Shown one piece after another: positions 23,787-36,421 of a stretch of DNA of 64,000 bases. Numbering within the stretch: position 1 is the first letter of the stretch; every line of letters begins with the position of its first letter. The notes beneath the pieces are model-generated. The model worked only from the letters and a program-made list of their open reading frames with translations. It did no database searches and was not told the origin of the DNA. Both the position numbers and the translations under genes were made by a program. This stretch comes from Squalus acanthias (Eukaryota): the NCBI GenBank assembly GCA_030390025.1, contig CM059431.1:111292001-111356000 (forward strand), in the 5' to 3' direction.

Positions 23787-24517
23787 GGGGGAAAAATTCG
23801 GTATCAACCATTTTGGGGCACTAACATCGCCTGGTCACTAACTTTAGCGCCCGGTGCTAATTAGCACCGGCGACCGTGAAATTGAGTTTTAGCGACCCAA
23901 GAGGGAAGTGGAGCGCTAAATCAAGCGTTCCACTTCCTTATTAGGGCGCTAACGATGGAGAGCGGGGCGGAGACTTCAGCAGCGCTGCACACTGGGCCAT
24001 GCAGCGCTGTTGCGTTCAAAGGTCTCCTTCCCTCCCTTAAAGGGAAGGGCAATCGCTGCAGGCTCTGCAATATAAAAAGTACCTACCTGGACCACCAAAG
24101 CAGCCGCGATCCCGTGTGATCAGCCTGGCACTCAAGCAGAGTGCTGGGCTGATCGATTGCGGGCAGGAACCCGCAAAAAAAAGGAAAGGTAAGATTTTTT
24201 TCCATTTACCTCGGCCACCTCGCCTTTAATCATCGCCCCCAAAGCGGCCAGCCACCAGATGCACGCCTCCTGTAGCTGTCGGTGTTTTCAACCGGCGCTG
24301 CTGCAGGGGGCGGAAGTTAATTTCGGATCTGGGGTGCTACCGGGGCGATGCACACAGCGATGATGTCACGATCTCTGGGCGAAGGAGATCGGGGCGCAAT
24401 GCCATAGTGATGCCACAAAACTCCCGTCAAATATGGCGGGAGTCGATGTCAGCGCCACGCCCGGCCGCAAAGCCATTTGCGCCCCATTAGCGCCCCCGGG
24501 GCACCCAATTTCACCCA
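23787..24517. mobile_element. GC-rich non-autonomous TIR element
   Basis: gggggaaaaattcgg ... ccaatttcaccca; internally similar to 11066-11803. Confidence 0.75.
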
Positions 24518-24759
24518 CAAAGGGTTTAAGAACAGTTTAGTCAGGAAGTCTTGTTTGAGAGAAGTAGCTTTGGAGTAAACAACTGCAATTGTTTACATGA
24601 ATAGACTATTTTCAAAGGATTCAGGAATAGATACATCATGAGGTCGTATCTGTGACATGTACCTTTGATGTAGACAAATTATGATGTATAAAGGAGCATG
24701 GTTTTCAATAGATCTTCGGAGGGCTAAAAAGATACAGAAGCTGAAAAGCTGCTCTCTCT

Positions 24760-25652
24760 GGGGGAAAAATTCAGTTGGTTGCGCCTCCCATTAGCACCTT
24801 AAGAGGGCGCTAATGGGGCGCAAAGCAACTAGCGCCCGGGCGCAGCGATGTTTGCGCCACTCGCGAAATTAACTAGACATTTTGCGATGGTGCTAAACAC
24901 TACCGCCACGATCTCCTGCGCCAGCAGATCGTGACGTCAGTCGAGTGTGCAATGCCCCGGTAGCGCCCCGGAGCGGATATTGAGTGGCGCCCCCTGCCTT
25001 ACCGCCTGCCGCTAGCAACGACAGGTTGAGGGGAGCGTTTTGCAGTCAGGAAGGGACTGGGGGAGCACTATTTAAAGGCGACCGCTTCCTGCCTTTTTTT
25101 GTTGCCGACATTTTTGAACCACGCATTCTGAGAGAGAGAGAGAGAGACTTCTGGAGAGATTCAACGCTGTGTGAAGGAGTTTTGGGTACTGAGCAGCACT
25201 TTGCAGGTTCATTTTGATTTGCCCTTCCTTGTATCGATTTAGAAGAGACTGTGGGGATTGCACTCTGAGCTCTTTCCCTGGGCCTCTCCATTGTTCTTTC
25301 CAGCAGATTTGATGTACAGATCTCTCCAGGCCGAGATTGAAGGCTGCAATGAGCAGGATGTGGATGGAAAGCAAGATCAACCCTCCCCTTTAAGAACTGG
25401 CCGACGCCATTGTGTTTGTGTTCCATTGCTGACTGACATCACATGAGATTCGCCAGCGCTCTGAGGTAGCGCCTCGCTCCTTGGCCTTTGCGCCTTATGA
25501 CAGATGTGTAGCGCCTGATTTAGCACTCCAATCACCTCCAGGGGCGATAAAAGTCAAGTTTGCAGTCGGAGGCGATAATTAACGCCAGGCGCGAATCTTT
25601 GCGCCCGGCCGATAATTGCGCCTCAAACGGGGCGATACTGAATTTTTCCCCC
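24760..25652. mobile_element. Harbinger-like non-autonomous element with perfect 16-bp TIR and 3-bp TSD (TCT)
   Basis: tct|gggggaaaaattcagt ... actgaatttttccccc|tct; internal minus-strand MERPRERA resembles a Myb/SANT gene start. Confidence 0.88.
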
Positions 25653-26047
25653 TCTGTGTCTAGTTGAGCTGATCACTCAGACTAGGCATCAAGAAAGTCT
25701 GATCCGTATACTCTACCATCAAGTGTCTTGTGCTTACTCAAAACATGTTGTTGTGAACCATAGACGTAAGGAGATTGAAAGCTGACATAGCACAGATCCT
25801 TTCACCTTGGGACATTTAGAAAATGAGTTTGAAGGCAGCATACTGGGTGAATCACAGAGCACAAGTGAGCAAGAGTAGATGAAGATGGTCCTGGAGGAGC
25901 AGGAATCACATGGCTAGAGGGTGAGGTCATCTCCAGACACAGCTGATGAGGGCAGGAGTCCTGATCTCTGCAGTCCATCTTTTAAAAGAAGGATACTTTT
26001 GGAGCACAAGCAATTGTTGGAGTATGTGCTTAGTAGCTATTAACACG

Positions 26048-27787
26048 TGGCCGGAATTTTCTGGGGCGAGATTGGTGGCGGATCGGGTGGGAAAGTTGTT
26101 ATTTTTGACAGCGGGTCATGAACCCGCTGTCATCTCGCTCCCACCTGCCTTTCCCCCAGGCAAGTCTGTCATTGTGGACGCGACCCGACCGGCAGAGACG
26201 GGCAACCCAATTTAAACAATTATTAGCTTGTTGTCAGACCCTTAAGAGTGTTTTTAAACTTACCTTTCAAATTGCCCAAGGGGCCCACGCTGCTCGGAAA
26301 ACACGCCTGTAAACCTGAGGCGGGAATTGAGTGACCATTGCTCCAGCTGATTAATTGACAGGATTATAAAAGCTCCCACTTGAGAGTTGATCACTTTCCT
26401 CAGGCAGAAGCTGTTGCTCACTGCATTTGCAACACAGATTGAGCTTTCTGCAGGCTGCAAGTCTTTCAAGCAAAGTCTCCATCCAGTGTCACCTTATCGT
26501 AAGACCCTCTTTCACCATTAACAGATTGCTGCTGTCATCTCTACTTCACCTGCCATCTATTCCATCAACATGGGTGCCATTTATACTGTCTCACCTTGGT
26601 CCTCAGGATCAGACCACGATGAGCCCCAACACCAGCAGCACCAACAACACCACCAACCTTCTCCACAATCACTTGATGCTGCACAGAACACAGGGCATTA
26701 CTGCCCGGGAGGCCAGGGATGGCCTCATCATGGCCAGATTTAGTTCACTTGATGCTGTACACCCATATGGCTGCCACATGATGCGCCAGGTTGGCACAAC
26801 CTGACACCAACACCATAAAGCATCCCTACAATGCCCAAGCCATTCCTTTCACACTCATCACCATTGCGGGGGGTACCGTTATGTCTCACCATTCACTGCA
26901 ACTCACTAAGTCACTTCCAAAGGTGCACACAAATCTGTCCAAGACCAGAAAGTGTTGAAAATAAAGATTTTTATGTTTGACACCCCATTAACAGAAACTT
27001 TACATAAACATTGGATAAAAAACCAAGTGGCTACCCTTGTGAGTTGTTAGTTGGTATGATTGCACTAGGATGAGGGTGAGTGTGAGGGGTGGCTAGTGAG
27101 ATGGGGATGTGATAATGTAGATAGAGAGGGATGGGTGGAGATGCAAGGTAAGTTGGTGTGAGTAAGGATGTACAGGAGTAGGGTAGTGAAGGCAGAGTGA
27201 TGGAGATGTGATGACAGGCACAGTAGGATGAGGATTGAGTGTGACTTTGTACTAACGTTTCCTGATCTAATGAGACCATTGAAACGTTTGCAGCACTGCA
27301 CCCAGGTCCTCCTGACGCTATCCCTGCTTGTGCCCTCCTGTGCAATGTGCAACCAAGCTGTCTGGGTCTCCTGGGGAGGTCTCTTCCACCCATCGGAAGG
27401 GAAGAGGACCTCCCTGCGTGCTCTGACTCCTTTCATAAGCATATGGAGGGCGTCATCGGAGAATCTGGGTGCAGCCCTCTGCCTCTGTGCAGTCATTGTC
27501 ACTGTTTGCAGCACTCCAATGCTGTTGTGCACTGACAGCACTATGTTAGATTAAACTTCAAATCTAATGTGGCCATGGTCACTTTAAAGATCCCGGCTGA
27601 AAATGCATCATGAATGACATCACCAGACCCGCTGCATCTCATTGGGTCGGGTAATGCGCTGGGCGGGCTTAATAGGCCCCATTAATGTAAGTTCATTTTC
27701 AACAGTGGGATGGAACCAGCAGCTGGGTTGCGACCCGCCATGGACACTACCTTCACCTGACCTGCTGAGGTTGGCAAATTCCGGCCA
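26048..27787. mobile_element. Harbinger internal-deletion derivative retaining Myb/SANT exon 1
   Basis: Perfect 12-bp TIR tggccggaattt / aaattccggcca; Myb/SANT ORF on the minus strand. Confidence 0.8.
27250..27496 (-). CDS. Harbinger Myb/SANT-like DNA-binding domain (NAIF1/MSANTD-like), first exon only
   Basis: MTAQRQRAAPRFSDDALHMLMKGVRARREVLFP...AWLHIAQE...RRTWVQCCKRFNGL, followed by a GTTAGT donor-like site. Confidence 0.8.
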
Positions 27788-28035
27788 TGATGGCTAATGT
27801 GGAGAATTCAGTCTTGGAACAAGTGGCAGCTACAAGAACATTATGCCGGTCTCTGCATCTCTCTTGAACACCTAGACTGTTGCCATACAGACCTTTTGCT
27901 GCAATGTCATCTTCTCCTTGGACAAGATAACTGTTCAGCTTGTCTGAATAGAGAGCTCAATTGATAAGGGCTTTAGTGCTGTCTTTGCTGTTATTGGGTT
28001 TACTCACTCACTGATCAATGGGCATGGTGACACAG

Positions 28036-28450
28036 GGGCTGGATTTTGAATGACCCATGGAGTCGGGTTTGGAGGCGTGTGGGGGGTTAAATTTGCGGGA
28101 TCGGGGTTTCCGACCCCATCCCGACTCCATCCCGCCTCCACGCAATTTTGACAAAATCAATCGCGGGGTTCCCGACTCCGTCCCGCCTCCAAGAGGCAGG
28201 AGAGGCCATTAAAGCCCTTAACAAGCTCTAAATTGGCTCTGTAATGACATTTTGAAACGTTGTAGCTAGTTTAACCCTTTTCTGACGTGAAGCACGCCTG
28301 GTGTGAAACACTCCAGTGAAACCTGGCGCGAGCACAAGTGGATAGCTGACTATCGGCTGCAGGTCCACTATTACAACGGAGATGTGATGAAGGTAGTAGT
28401 ATTAGGTCTGAAAGTCGCCTCTGATGCTGCTGCATTGAATGTCTTCAGAG

Positions 28451-28488
<38 letters not shown>

Positions 28489-28774
28489 CCCCCGCCCCCC
28501 ATTTTTGCATCCAGGTCCACTCACATCAAAAGCAAGTCAGGCAGGTCCTCTCTCAGCAACAGTCTCTGAGACTAGGCAGTCAGCAATGATGACATCATCA
28601 GAGGCGACTTTCAGACTGAAAACACTAATTAGTTCATGGGTTCCCACATGCTCCAACTCAATTGCCCAATTAAGTGAAAATTGCATCAGGCATCCACATT
28701 AATCTGGAGTCGGGGGGGAAACACGAAATGCGGATTACACGACCCCAACCCGATCCCAAGACAAAATCCAGCCC
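28036..28774. mobile_element. Non-autonomous TIR element with a nested inverted-repeat module
   Basis: 13-bp perfect TIR gggctggattttg / caaaatccagccc; internal 21-bp inverted repeat at 28406-28426 and 28596-28616; (CT)n at about 28456-28484. Confidence 0.75.
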
Positions 28775-29994
28775 AGAGACTGGGAAACGGGGCATGCCCA
28801 ATCAGATCACGGCTAATGTTGTCTTCCCTCCAGATGACAACCTATCTACACCAGTCGGCCTTCAATGACTTCACACATGCCAGAAAGCGGACAAGGCCAG
28901 GCTACCCCTGCAGTTTTTGGAATGGCAGCCAATCTATTTCAGGAGCCACCTTGATCCCGGGAGACCCTCGCTGACACTCAGTCACCAGCCATCTCACTGG
29001 TTTATACTGAAAAGAAGCAACAGATTAGGTTGTCGAGCACGTCACACATGAATTGACAGGAAGGGAAGCACCAGGGTAGCAGGCACTCGTATTTACATTT
29101 GTATGGCCCAAGAATCCTGCATAAATGAATGGTATGATTTCTGAGCTAATGTGTTTCTAATTGGACAATTAGCCCAGTTACTTCTGTGACCCTAAAATTT
29201 TAACCCTCACATACTATCTCTAGTAATAATAAATCCAAATGAAAAATTTAATACAGATGAAAAATTCATCTTACAGACAGAGACCATGCATGAACTGATA
29301 CTAATGACTTGCTCTATCTATGTCTGGTGCTGTGTTGTGCTGCCAGACAGATGAACAGTGTGCTGTGATATTGCAGAGTACAGGGTGATCATCAACGGCA
29401 TCCTCAACCAAATTAGCTAACCGAAAGGTCGGAAACATATTTCTTTGGCTTCATTGAAGATGACGACATTAACAAGAAGAGCATTAGGTATATTAATGAA
29501 GTAGTGCAGTTGATGATGGAGGATTTGAGGTACGGGTATCCTCCACACATAAATATATGGTGAAGACACTGACAAAATTATCAACAGTAAATGTATATGT
29601 AATGGTGCCTTTGTTAAAGTCTATCTTAGGGTCTGTGATTCTTGTGCTCATTGAAATAAAAGAGAACTACATGAAGTCTGTATTCACCTGAGCACTGCAA
29701 GGTTTTAGCAACAGCATCAACTATTTGGAACACAAGTAGAAAGTCCCAGACCTTACATTGATAAAAACGTACGTGCTCCACATCAAGGACTACTTCCATG
29801 AGCAAGTCCTCTCGTCCTACAAACTGACATCTTGCACATCTGCACCTGGAATTTCCGCAGAGGTTCTCCCAATCATAACTTCGGCGGAAGATAGGGAAAT
29901 TCTACCTCCTCATATTGTACCATTGCCCGAGGAGTCAAAGAACAGCATAACCCTTGTTACTGTATTTAGCTTACTGGTTATGACACAAGTGACA

Positions 29995-30200
29995 AGATAG
30001 ATGAGCGAGGAAGGCCATTCGGCCCATCATAACTCATTCATCCAGAAAGACACGATGGTCACCCATTTGCTGCATCTAATGGTTTCTGAAATGATTCCAG
30101 GTTTTTTGCCTTTCCAACTCTATCGCAAAGTCCATTCTATGTGTCGAGCACTCTCTGCATGAAGAACTTCCTAAAATCAGTTCTCAAATTATATTTTACA
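29995..30200 (-). mobile_element. Old CR1 3' fragment
   Basis: gaaggccattcggcccatc (3'UTR) and ...gcactctctgcatgaagaac, corresponding to the FFTQRV region. Confidence 0.55.
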
Positions 30201-30636
30201 ATCTTATTTTCAAATTCTCTCGCTGGACATGCGCATCTCTTCCCCATTTTGACACCCCAGATCCAATTGCAAACACACTAAAAAAAATACAAGTGATAAA
30301 TCAGGAATGCCATTCTTTAAAGTCTGCAGAGATTTACTTAAAGTTCAAATACTAAAGACAAATAATAAAAGTTTATTTCCAACCGTTACATTTTCTAATG
30401 CCATTCCTTTTTTATGGAAACACAAACACAAAAAGTTCTTCAATATTATAAAATGTTTGATAGTTACATGTTTAATGAACCAGCAGATTATCCCCCAGGA
30501 ACGTATACCTCAAAGTATTAGCAAGCGCATCATGGTTAAATTGCAACATGTTTAATTGTTTTTCTGCTCTGGTTTTAGGTAGCAGCAGTCCATTTTCAAA
30601 TGCCTCAGCAAAAGAAAGATGTTGCCATACTTGTGA

Positions 30637-31155
30637 GCTCCGTAAACTTGAGGTCATCCAAAACTCGGCTGCCCGTGTCCTAATTCGCACCAAGTCCCAT
30701 TCGCCCATCACCCCTGTGCTCGGTGACCTACATTGGCTCCCGGTTAAGCAACACCTCGATTTTAAAATTCTCATCCTTGTTTTCAAATCGCTCCATGGCC
30801 TCCCTATTTCTGTAATCTCCGCCAGCCCCCCAACCCCTGAGATATCTGCGCTCCTCCGATTCTGGCCTCTTGAGCATCCCTGATTATAATCGCTCCACCA
30901 TTGACGGCCGTGCCTTCAGCTGCCCAGCTCCTAAGCTCTGGAATTCCCTCCTAAACCTCTCTGCCTCTCTACCTCTCTTTCCTCTTTTCAAATGCTCCTT
31001 AAAACCTACCTCTTTGACCAAGCTTTTGATCATCTGCCTTCATATCTCCTTATGTGGCTCGGTGTCAAATTTTGTTCGATAATGTTCCTCTGAAGCGCCT
31101 TGGGACGTTTTACTACGTTAAAGGCGCTATATAAATACAAGTTATTGTCGTTGTT
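30637..31155 (+). mobile_element. L2 LINE 3' fragment
   Basis: LEVIQNSAARVL...ITPVLGDLHWLPV...FKILILVFKSLHG, GRAFSCPAPKLWNSL; tail aaggcgctatataaatacaagtt. Confidence 0.92.
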
Positions 31156-31603
31156 TCGGGTCATACGCTGCATGCCTGTGGTTTTGCTGAAAAAGACCAA
31201 GAGAAGAGTAAACAAGAGATGTGCTAAAGGTTTTGACAGGTCAAGAAAAAGATGAACAAAGAGAAATATAGCCGGAAGACCAAAATGGAAGAAAACAAAG
31301 ATTAAATAGAAGAAGAACCGGAAAATCCGAGGGAAAGAAACTGTTAAGTCAGTAGAAGAAATAAAAAAAGATACAAAATCACTTAAAAGGAAAGAACAGA
31401 TTAAAAGTCTCTTTAAGTTTACTTAAATGAATAATTTGTTCTAACCAAATAAATTTCCAATTAATTTATCACAGTTAACCTATGTTCTTGAATGATTAAT
31501 GTCTTTGAGTTAAGTTTTATCGCACTCTGAATTGGAAATAACAATAATTTGATTTTCTATTGTAGTGTACTTTTATTGAAAGTGATTTTATTGGAGTAAT
31601 TAG

Positions 31604-31828
31604 AGTCAGAATGTTGTGGGTTCAAATCCCACTCTGGAGACTTGAGCACAGAAATCTAGGCTGAGAGAGTGCTGCACTGTCTGAGGTGCCGTCTTTCGGA
31701 TGAGTCATTAAAACCGAGGCTCCCGTCTGCTCTCTCAGTGGATGTAAAAGATCCCACGGCACTATTTCGAAGAAGAGCAGGGAAGTTCTCCCCGGTGTCC
31801 TGGCCAATATTTATCCCTCAATCAACAT
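31604..31828 (+). mobile_element. DeuSINE 5' half (3' tail at 33847-33947)
   Basis: B box and Deu-domain, ending at atcaacat immediately before the Gypsy LTR. Confidence 0.85.
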
Positions 31829-31833
31829 TATAA

Positions 31834-33846
31834 TGTATTATCACGTGGTTTGTCACATGGTTTAGTATGAGCATGCTCAGTTCGCTCTGGCCTAGTAAAC
31901 TAGCTCCTGGACTAGCAACTCATCTGTCTCTGTCCTTCATTTGTTCTACCCACATATCTTACATTTTTGGTAAGGAGGATGGGATTCCAAAGCCATTTTT
32001 AGGGATCATGGAAGGACACAGTGTTCAACCTATGAATGGAAAAGTTTAAGGTGAATTCGTGACACCTAAACTGAATTTGTTTGTGATGTTTTACTGTTAA
32101 TGCTGGTGCAGAATTGTCTGTGCTTCGCCTTCGTATACACAGCAACAGTGGCGTTGGTTCTCACAGGTACACAGGTAGCGTGCTGAGTCACTGTGCAACG
32201 GGATCGGGACAATCATGGCCGCACCTACAGGATTCAGCAGAAGCCTCGGCCTGTATGACCGAGCTCGCGAACCATTCAGTTCTTACATTGAGTGGATGGC
32301 GATGTTTTTTAAAGGCCAATAACATGATTGAGACCGAAGGTGCAGATGAGAATGTTCAAGCTCAAAATAAAGTAATTTGTGAACGTAAAAGAGCAATTTT
32401 TCTAACGGAGATCGGGCCAGATGTCTACAGAACTTTGACAAACCTACTCGCGCCAGGGAAAGCGAAGGATGCATCGTTTGAAGACATTGTCGAGAAACTC
32501 GAGGACCATTTCGACCCAAAGCCATTAGAAATAGCAGAGAGCTATAAGTTTGGTACCAGAAACCAAAAAGAAAGTGAAACCATCAGTGAGTACATTGTAG
32601 CTCTTAAAAACCTGTCTTTACATTGTAACTTTGGCACATTTTTGGATTGTGCGTTGCGAGATAAGTTTGTGTGTGGACTGGTGGATGAGCACACAGTTCA
32701 AATTACTGAATACTCCGAACCTAACGTTTGACATAGCATGCAAAATTGGCCCATCTATGGAGATGGTGTCTAAGAATGCTTGGAAGCTCTGCCTAACTCA
32801 AGTGACTGGTGCAGCTGAGGTCTACAGTCACAAAGCCACCGCCAAACCTAAAGTTGTGAGACTGGGTCAAAAGCATGTCGGTGAGAGTAGTTCAGTGAAT
32901 TGTTATTAGCTGCAATGGAAATCACTCACCACGGTCCTGCCAATACAGAAATGCAAAGTGTTTTCACTGCCAGAAGCAAGGCCATATTTCAACAGTTTGC
33001 AGAGCTAGATCTAAAGCAGGAAGTAAGAACCATTCTAGTGGCAAGTGCATAGCAGCGACAACAAAAGCGAGGAATTCACAATATTGTAGTGAACACACCT
33101 GATGTTGAAGAACTAGGCATCTACAGTAACTATGCCACTAGCGGCAACGCTAGCAGTCGTGAGAAAGACTTCTGATCAACGAGCAATATATTGATATGTG
33201 TATCGACACAGGCGGTGGACTGCTCTATCATGAATAAGGACACATATGAGAGTAAGTTTAATCAAATACCACTTACAAAGAGTACCATAGAGTTAAAAAC
33301 CTACTCTGGAGAAATCCTAGAGACATGTGGACAAATGGAATGTACAGTTCAACACAATGGCCAGTCAGTAAAGCTGCCTATTATTGTAGTGAGCTACAAC
33401 AACGGGCCAACCCTCATGGGCAAAGACTGGTTGAGAAAGTTAAAACTAGACTGGAAAAACATCTTCAGTGTAGATGCTTCAAAGAAACGACTCGACACAA
33501 TGCTGAACAAGTATAAAAGCATGTTCACAGACAGTTATGAGGGCATCCAACGCAAAGCCTGTCTGTTGTAAGGCAAGGCCGGTCCCCTATGCGTTGAAAA
33601 GTCAGGTGGAGGAAGAGCTAGCGAAGCTCAGAGAGAGCGGAGTGCTAGTAAAAACTGACAAAAGTGAATGGGCTACCCTGATTGTGGTAGTGCCTAAAGC
33701 AGACAAAACTGTACGCTTGTGCGGTGACTACAAAGTTACTATCAACCAAGCAGTTGACGATGAGCAGTACCCGTTACCTACATCGCAAGATTTGTATGCA
33801 GCACTCTCTGGATCAAAGGTTTTCTCTAAGCTTGACCTGTCGCACG
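31834..33846 (+). mobile_element. Ty3/Gypsy (Mag-like) LTR retrotransposon, 3'-truncated
   Basis: Candidate 5' LTR TG(31834)...CA(32147), followed by a PBS-like TGGCG; gag, two zinc knuckles, protease and RT N-terminus. Confidence 0.88.
32215..33846 (+). pseudogene. Gypsy gag-protease-RT (frameshifted; integrase absent)
   Basis: KRAIFLTEIG...QKESETISEYIVALKNLSLHCNFG...LRDKFVCGL; CNGNHSPRSC and CFHCQKQGHISTVC; LKTYSGE...LMGKDWL; ARPVPYALK...VRLCGDYKVTIN...YPLP...FSKLDLS. Confidence 0.9.
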
Positions 33847-33947
33847 CTACACTTCAATAAAAGTACTTCATTGGCTGTAAAGCGCTTTGGGACTTCCGGT
33901 GGTTGTGAAAGGCGCTATAGAAATGCAAGTCTTTCTTCTTCTTTCTT
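33847..33947 (+). mobile_element. DeuSINE 3' tail
   Basis: ctacacttcaa..aagtacttcattggctgtaaagcgctttggg...aaaggcgctatagaaatgcaag. Confidence 0.85.
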
Positions 33948-35077
33948 TCTAATTATTAATAAAACTTCATTTGTTTCCAATAAACTCTATGAAATGAACA
34001 AAGTTATGAATTTCCGTGGGTGGAAAGCTGGAGTTGGGCTAATGAGGGGGAAATACATCAGCCTCTCTCAATGCTCCTTGAATTTGCCTCCGATTATTTT
34101 TCAAGAGTAGTCATGCTGATCCTGCCCTTCTTTCTTCAGCTTACTGCCATTCTAAATAGCTGTAAACACACAGGGAATCTGCACCCATTCTCTACGGCGG
34201 ACCTTTGACAAGCTTTTCACAGTCATTAACAGGCCCTTAAAGTTTTTTTGTTTCTTACTCCGTGTCAATGTTCAGGATTCTGGGATCATTTATTTCATGA
34301 AAAAAACTTGGACATAAGCGGGCTTAATGTGTTTTGGGCCGAAGCTTGTCTGAAAGGGAGTAGTTTCCCAAAACAGCCCCATGCTGGGTTGCCTGTCTAT
34401 AGGCAGACGAGAGGTGGTTTAAATGTGGAATGGGCAGTTGTTTTACGGTGATCCCAAACAATGGCCCATTCGTTGGCGATGCCTGGTTATTCAGGAGATA
34501 CGTGGGTGTTGACAAATTTCTTTGCCGTCTGCCAGTCTTAAGAACCAACACAGACACCCGAGGTCAGACAGTAGAGCGACAGAAAGGCTTCAAAAGCAGT
34601 AAAGCAGCAGAAAAGGCTACAAGAAAAGAAATGACCTCTGCACTGTCGGCAGGACAGGTAGCAGGGTGAAGCTATCTTTCTACACTTGGTAAGAATCCTC
34701 CCAAGTGGACTAACGCACGCGTTCTTTATTTTTCTAATGGTATGCACAACAAAGTTGAACTGATTGCGCCGTGACTTTCGTCATCCTCCTGTGCTCTGCG
34801 CGTTTTACCTATTGTGGAATAAAGCAGCTTCCGAACTGAACCAAATGACACCTCGTCTGGTGTTAACTCAGTCCGCCTTTAGAGAGATAAAAGGAGTACA
34901 TGTGCTTAAGACACAGAGATCTGGCCCAGATAATAAGGAAATTTTATTGTTACGTTTTCGGATCCCACGACAATACTTTGCAGGCACAGGACAGGGGGAG
35001 TCAACTTCTGTAAAACTACAGGAAACCAGGCCACTTAAGGGAGTGACAGACACAATTGAACCTGAGTAGATATCTGT

Positions 35078-36421
35078 TGTAGGGGGTGGTGTGGTAGGGG
35101 TCAGCCTCACCTCTGACTCAGTGAGCGGTTCGAATCGCTCCCACGCCCCTGGTTCTAGACCTTGGACTTATTTGGGGGTTGTGAACAAAGATGCAGTAGA
35201 CAACAGGTTTTGATGAAAGAATTTTGACTTTATTAACAAGAAAAAGGTAACAAACTTAAAACACACTTAACACTTAAACACAGGTTGGGGAACACGCGGT
35301 ACAGGCGAGGGAAATAACATTAGAAGAATACTTCACCCCTCCCAATCCCACTTCACTAGCTAGGTTGGACTCTGGAGAACCAGGGATAATGCTCACCAAA
35401 CAAATCCTTGACAGTTGAGAGTTAGGGTTTAGAATCTTTTGAGTAAAAGGTTTCGTAAGGCCCTTGTTGCCGCGAGGTGTCCGATGGTCACTGAGGCAGT
35501 CGCTCTGGTTTCTTCTTGCGTGTCGGTCTGCTTGTGAAGTTGTTGGCCTTCTTTGTTGAACTTCTTGCTGTAACTCTGCCTCTGTTTAAACTGTCTTCTT
35601 CCGAGCTGTGGAACTGCCTTCTTGCAGAACTGTGGAAACTGCCTTCTGCCTGCTTGTCCTGAACTCTGTAACTCCAGCACTGACTTCTTGCTGAAAACAG
35701 GCTTTTCGATCGAACTGCAGAACTGCCTTCTGTTGAACTTGAACTGTTTTACTGGAGAACTCGAACTGCCGAACTTGTAACTGTTTGATGGGCCTTTAAT
35801 TATACTAAATTGAAGTGGCCTTATCTACCCCAAATCAAATCCCGGTCATTGTAAGACCTCGTTAACAGTAACGACTTTACTAGCGTGTTAACTGGTTTTG
35901 TAAATGTGTGAAGTGGTTTCCGGATAGCTCCATCCTGTTGATCTGTTGTCTAATCGGAGTTTGCATTGTCCTCATGTTTTGGGTTTCTTGCTGGGCCTAG
36001 GACTCCTATCTTTATGCATGTCTTTAATGGGTTCTGTAAGTGTCAAATGTTTTTTTTTTTGGGATGGTTTGTATCCTGTCGATCTTCTTGGCTGATTGGT
36101 TTTTGATGGGATGAGACTGTCTTCTCCTAGGGTCTATTGTCAAAATGTTAATGCTTGCCGGGGCTTGAATGAGGTCATCCCGATTCCCCAGACAATGCAA
36201 TTTAACTGCAATACCCAAAACTGCTATTACAGATGTCGAGCCCACCTCCTGTGCAGCCTTTTCTCCCTTACAGGTCCAGACATGTCTTTTAAAATGCCAA
36301 AACTTGGTTTTTGGTCTTAAATTCCTTATGTTAGGCCCAAATGCATTTTTATCACTCTGGGGTAATTCCAAAGTCCTTTTTCCTTAGGTTTTGGGGATCT
36401 GCAAATTTTGGAAACCTTACA
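35078..36421 (-). mobile_element. Solo LTR (1344 bp) with 4-bp TSD CTGT
   Basis: ctgt|TGTAGG...CCTTACA|ctgt; minus-strand TATA-like box at about 35804-35795 and AATAAA at 35234-35229. Confidence 0.85.

Noticed and set aside
29372..29530. Exon-like segment bounded by cag| and |gtacgg
   Set aside because: Stops in all three plus-strand frames.
30579..30632. Candidate 54-nt frame-preserving exon (ttttag|GTAGCA…CTT|gtgagc)
   Set aside because: The donor abuts the L2 boundary and the peptide is unrecognised; unsupported without RNA data.
34240..35070. Cluster of short ORFs between the Gypsy element and the solo LTR
   Set aside because: No recognisable motif in any frame; cannot be assigned.
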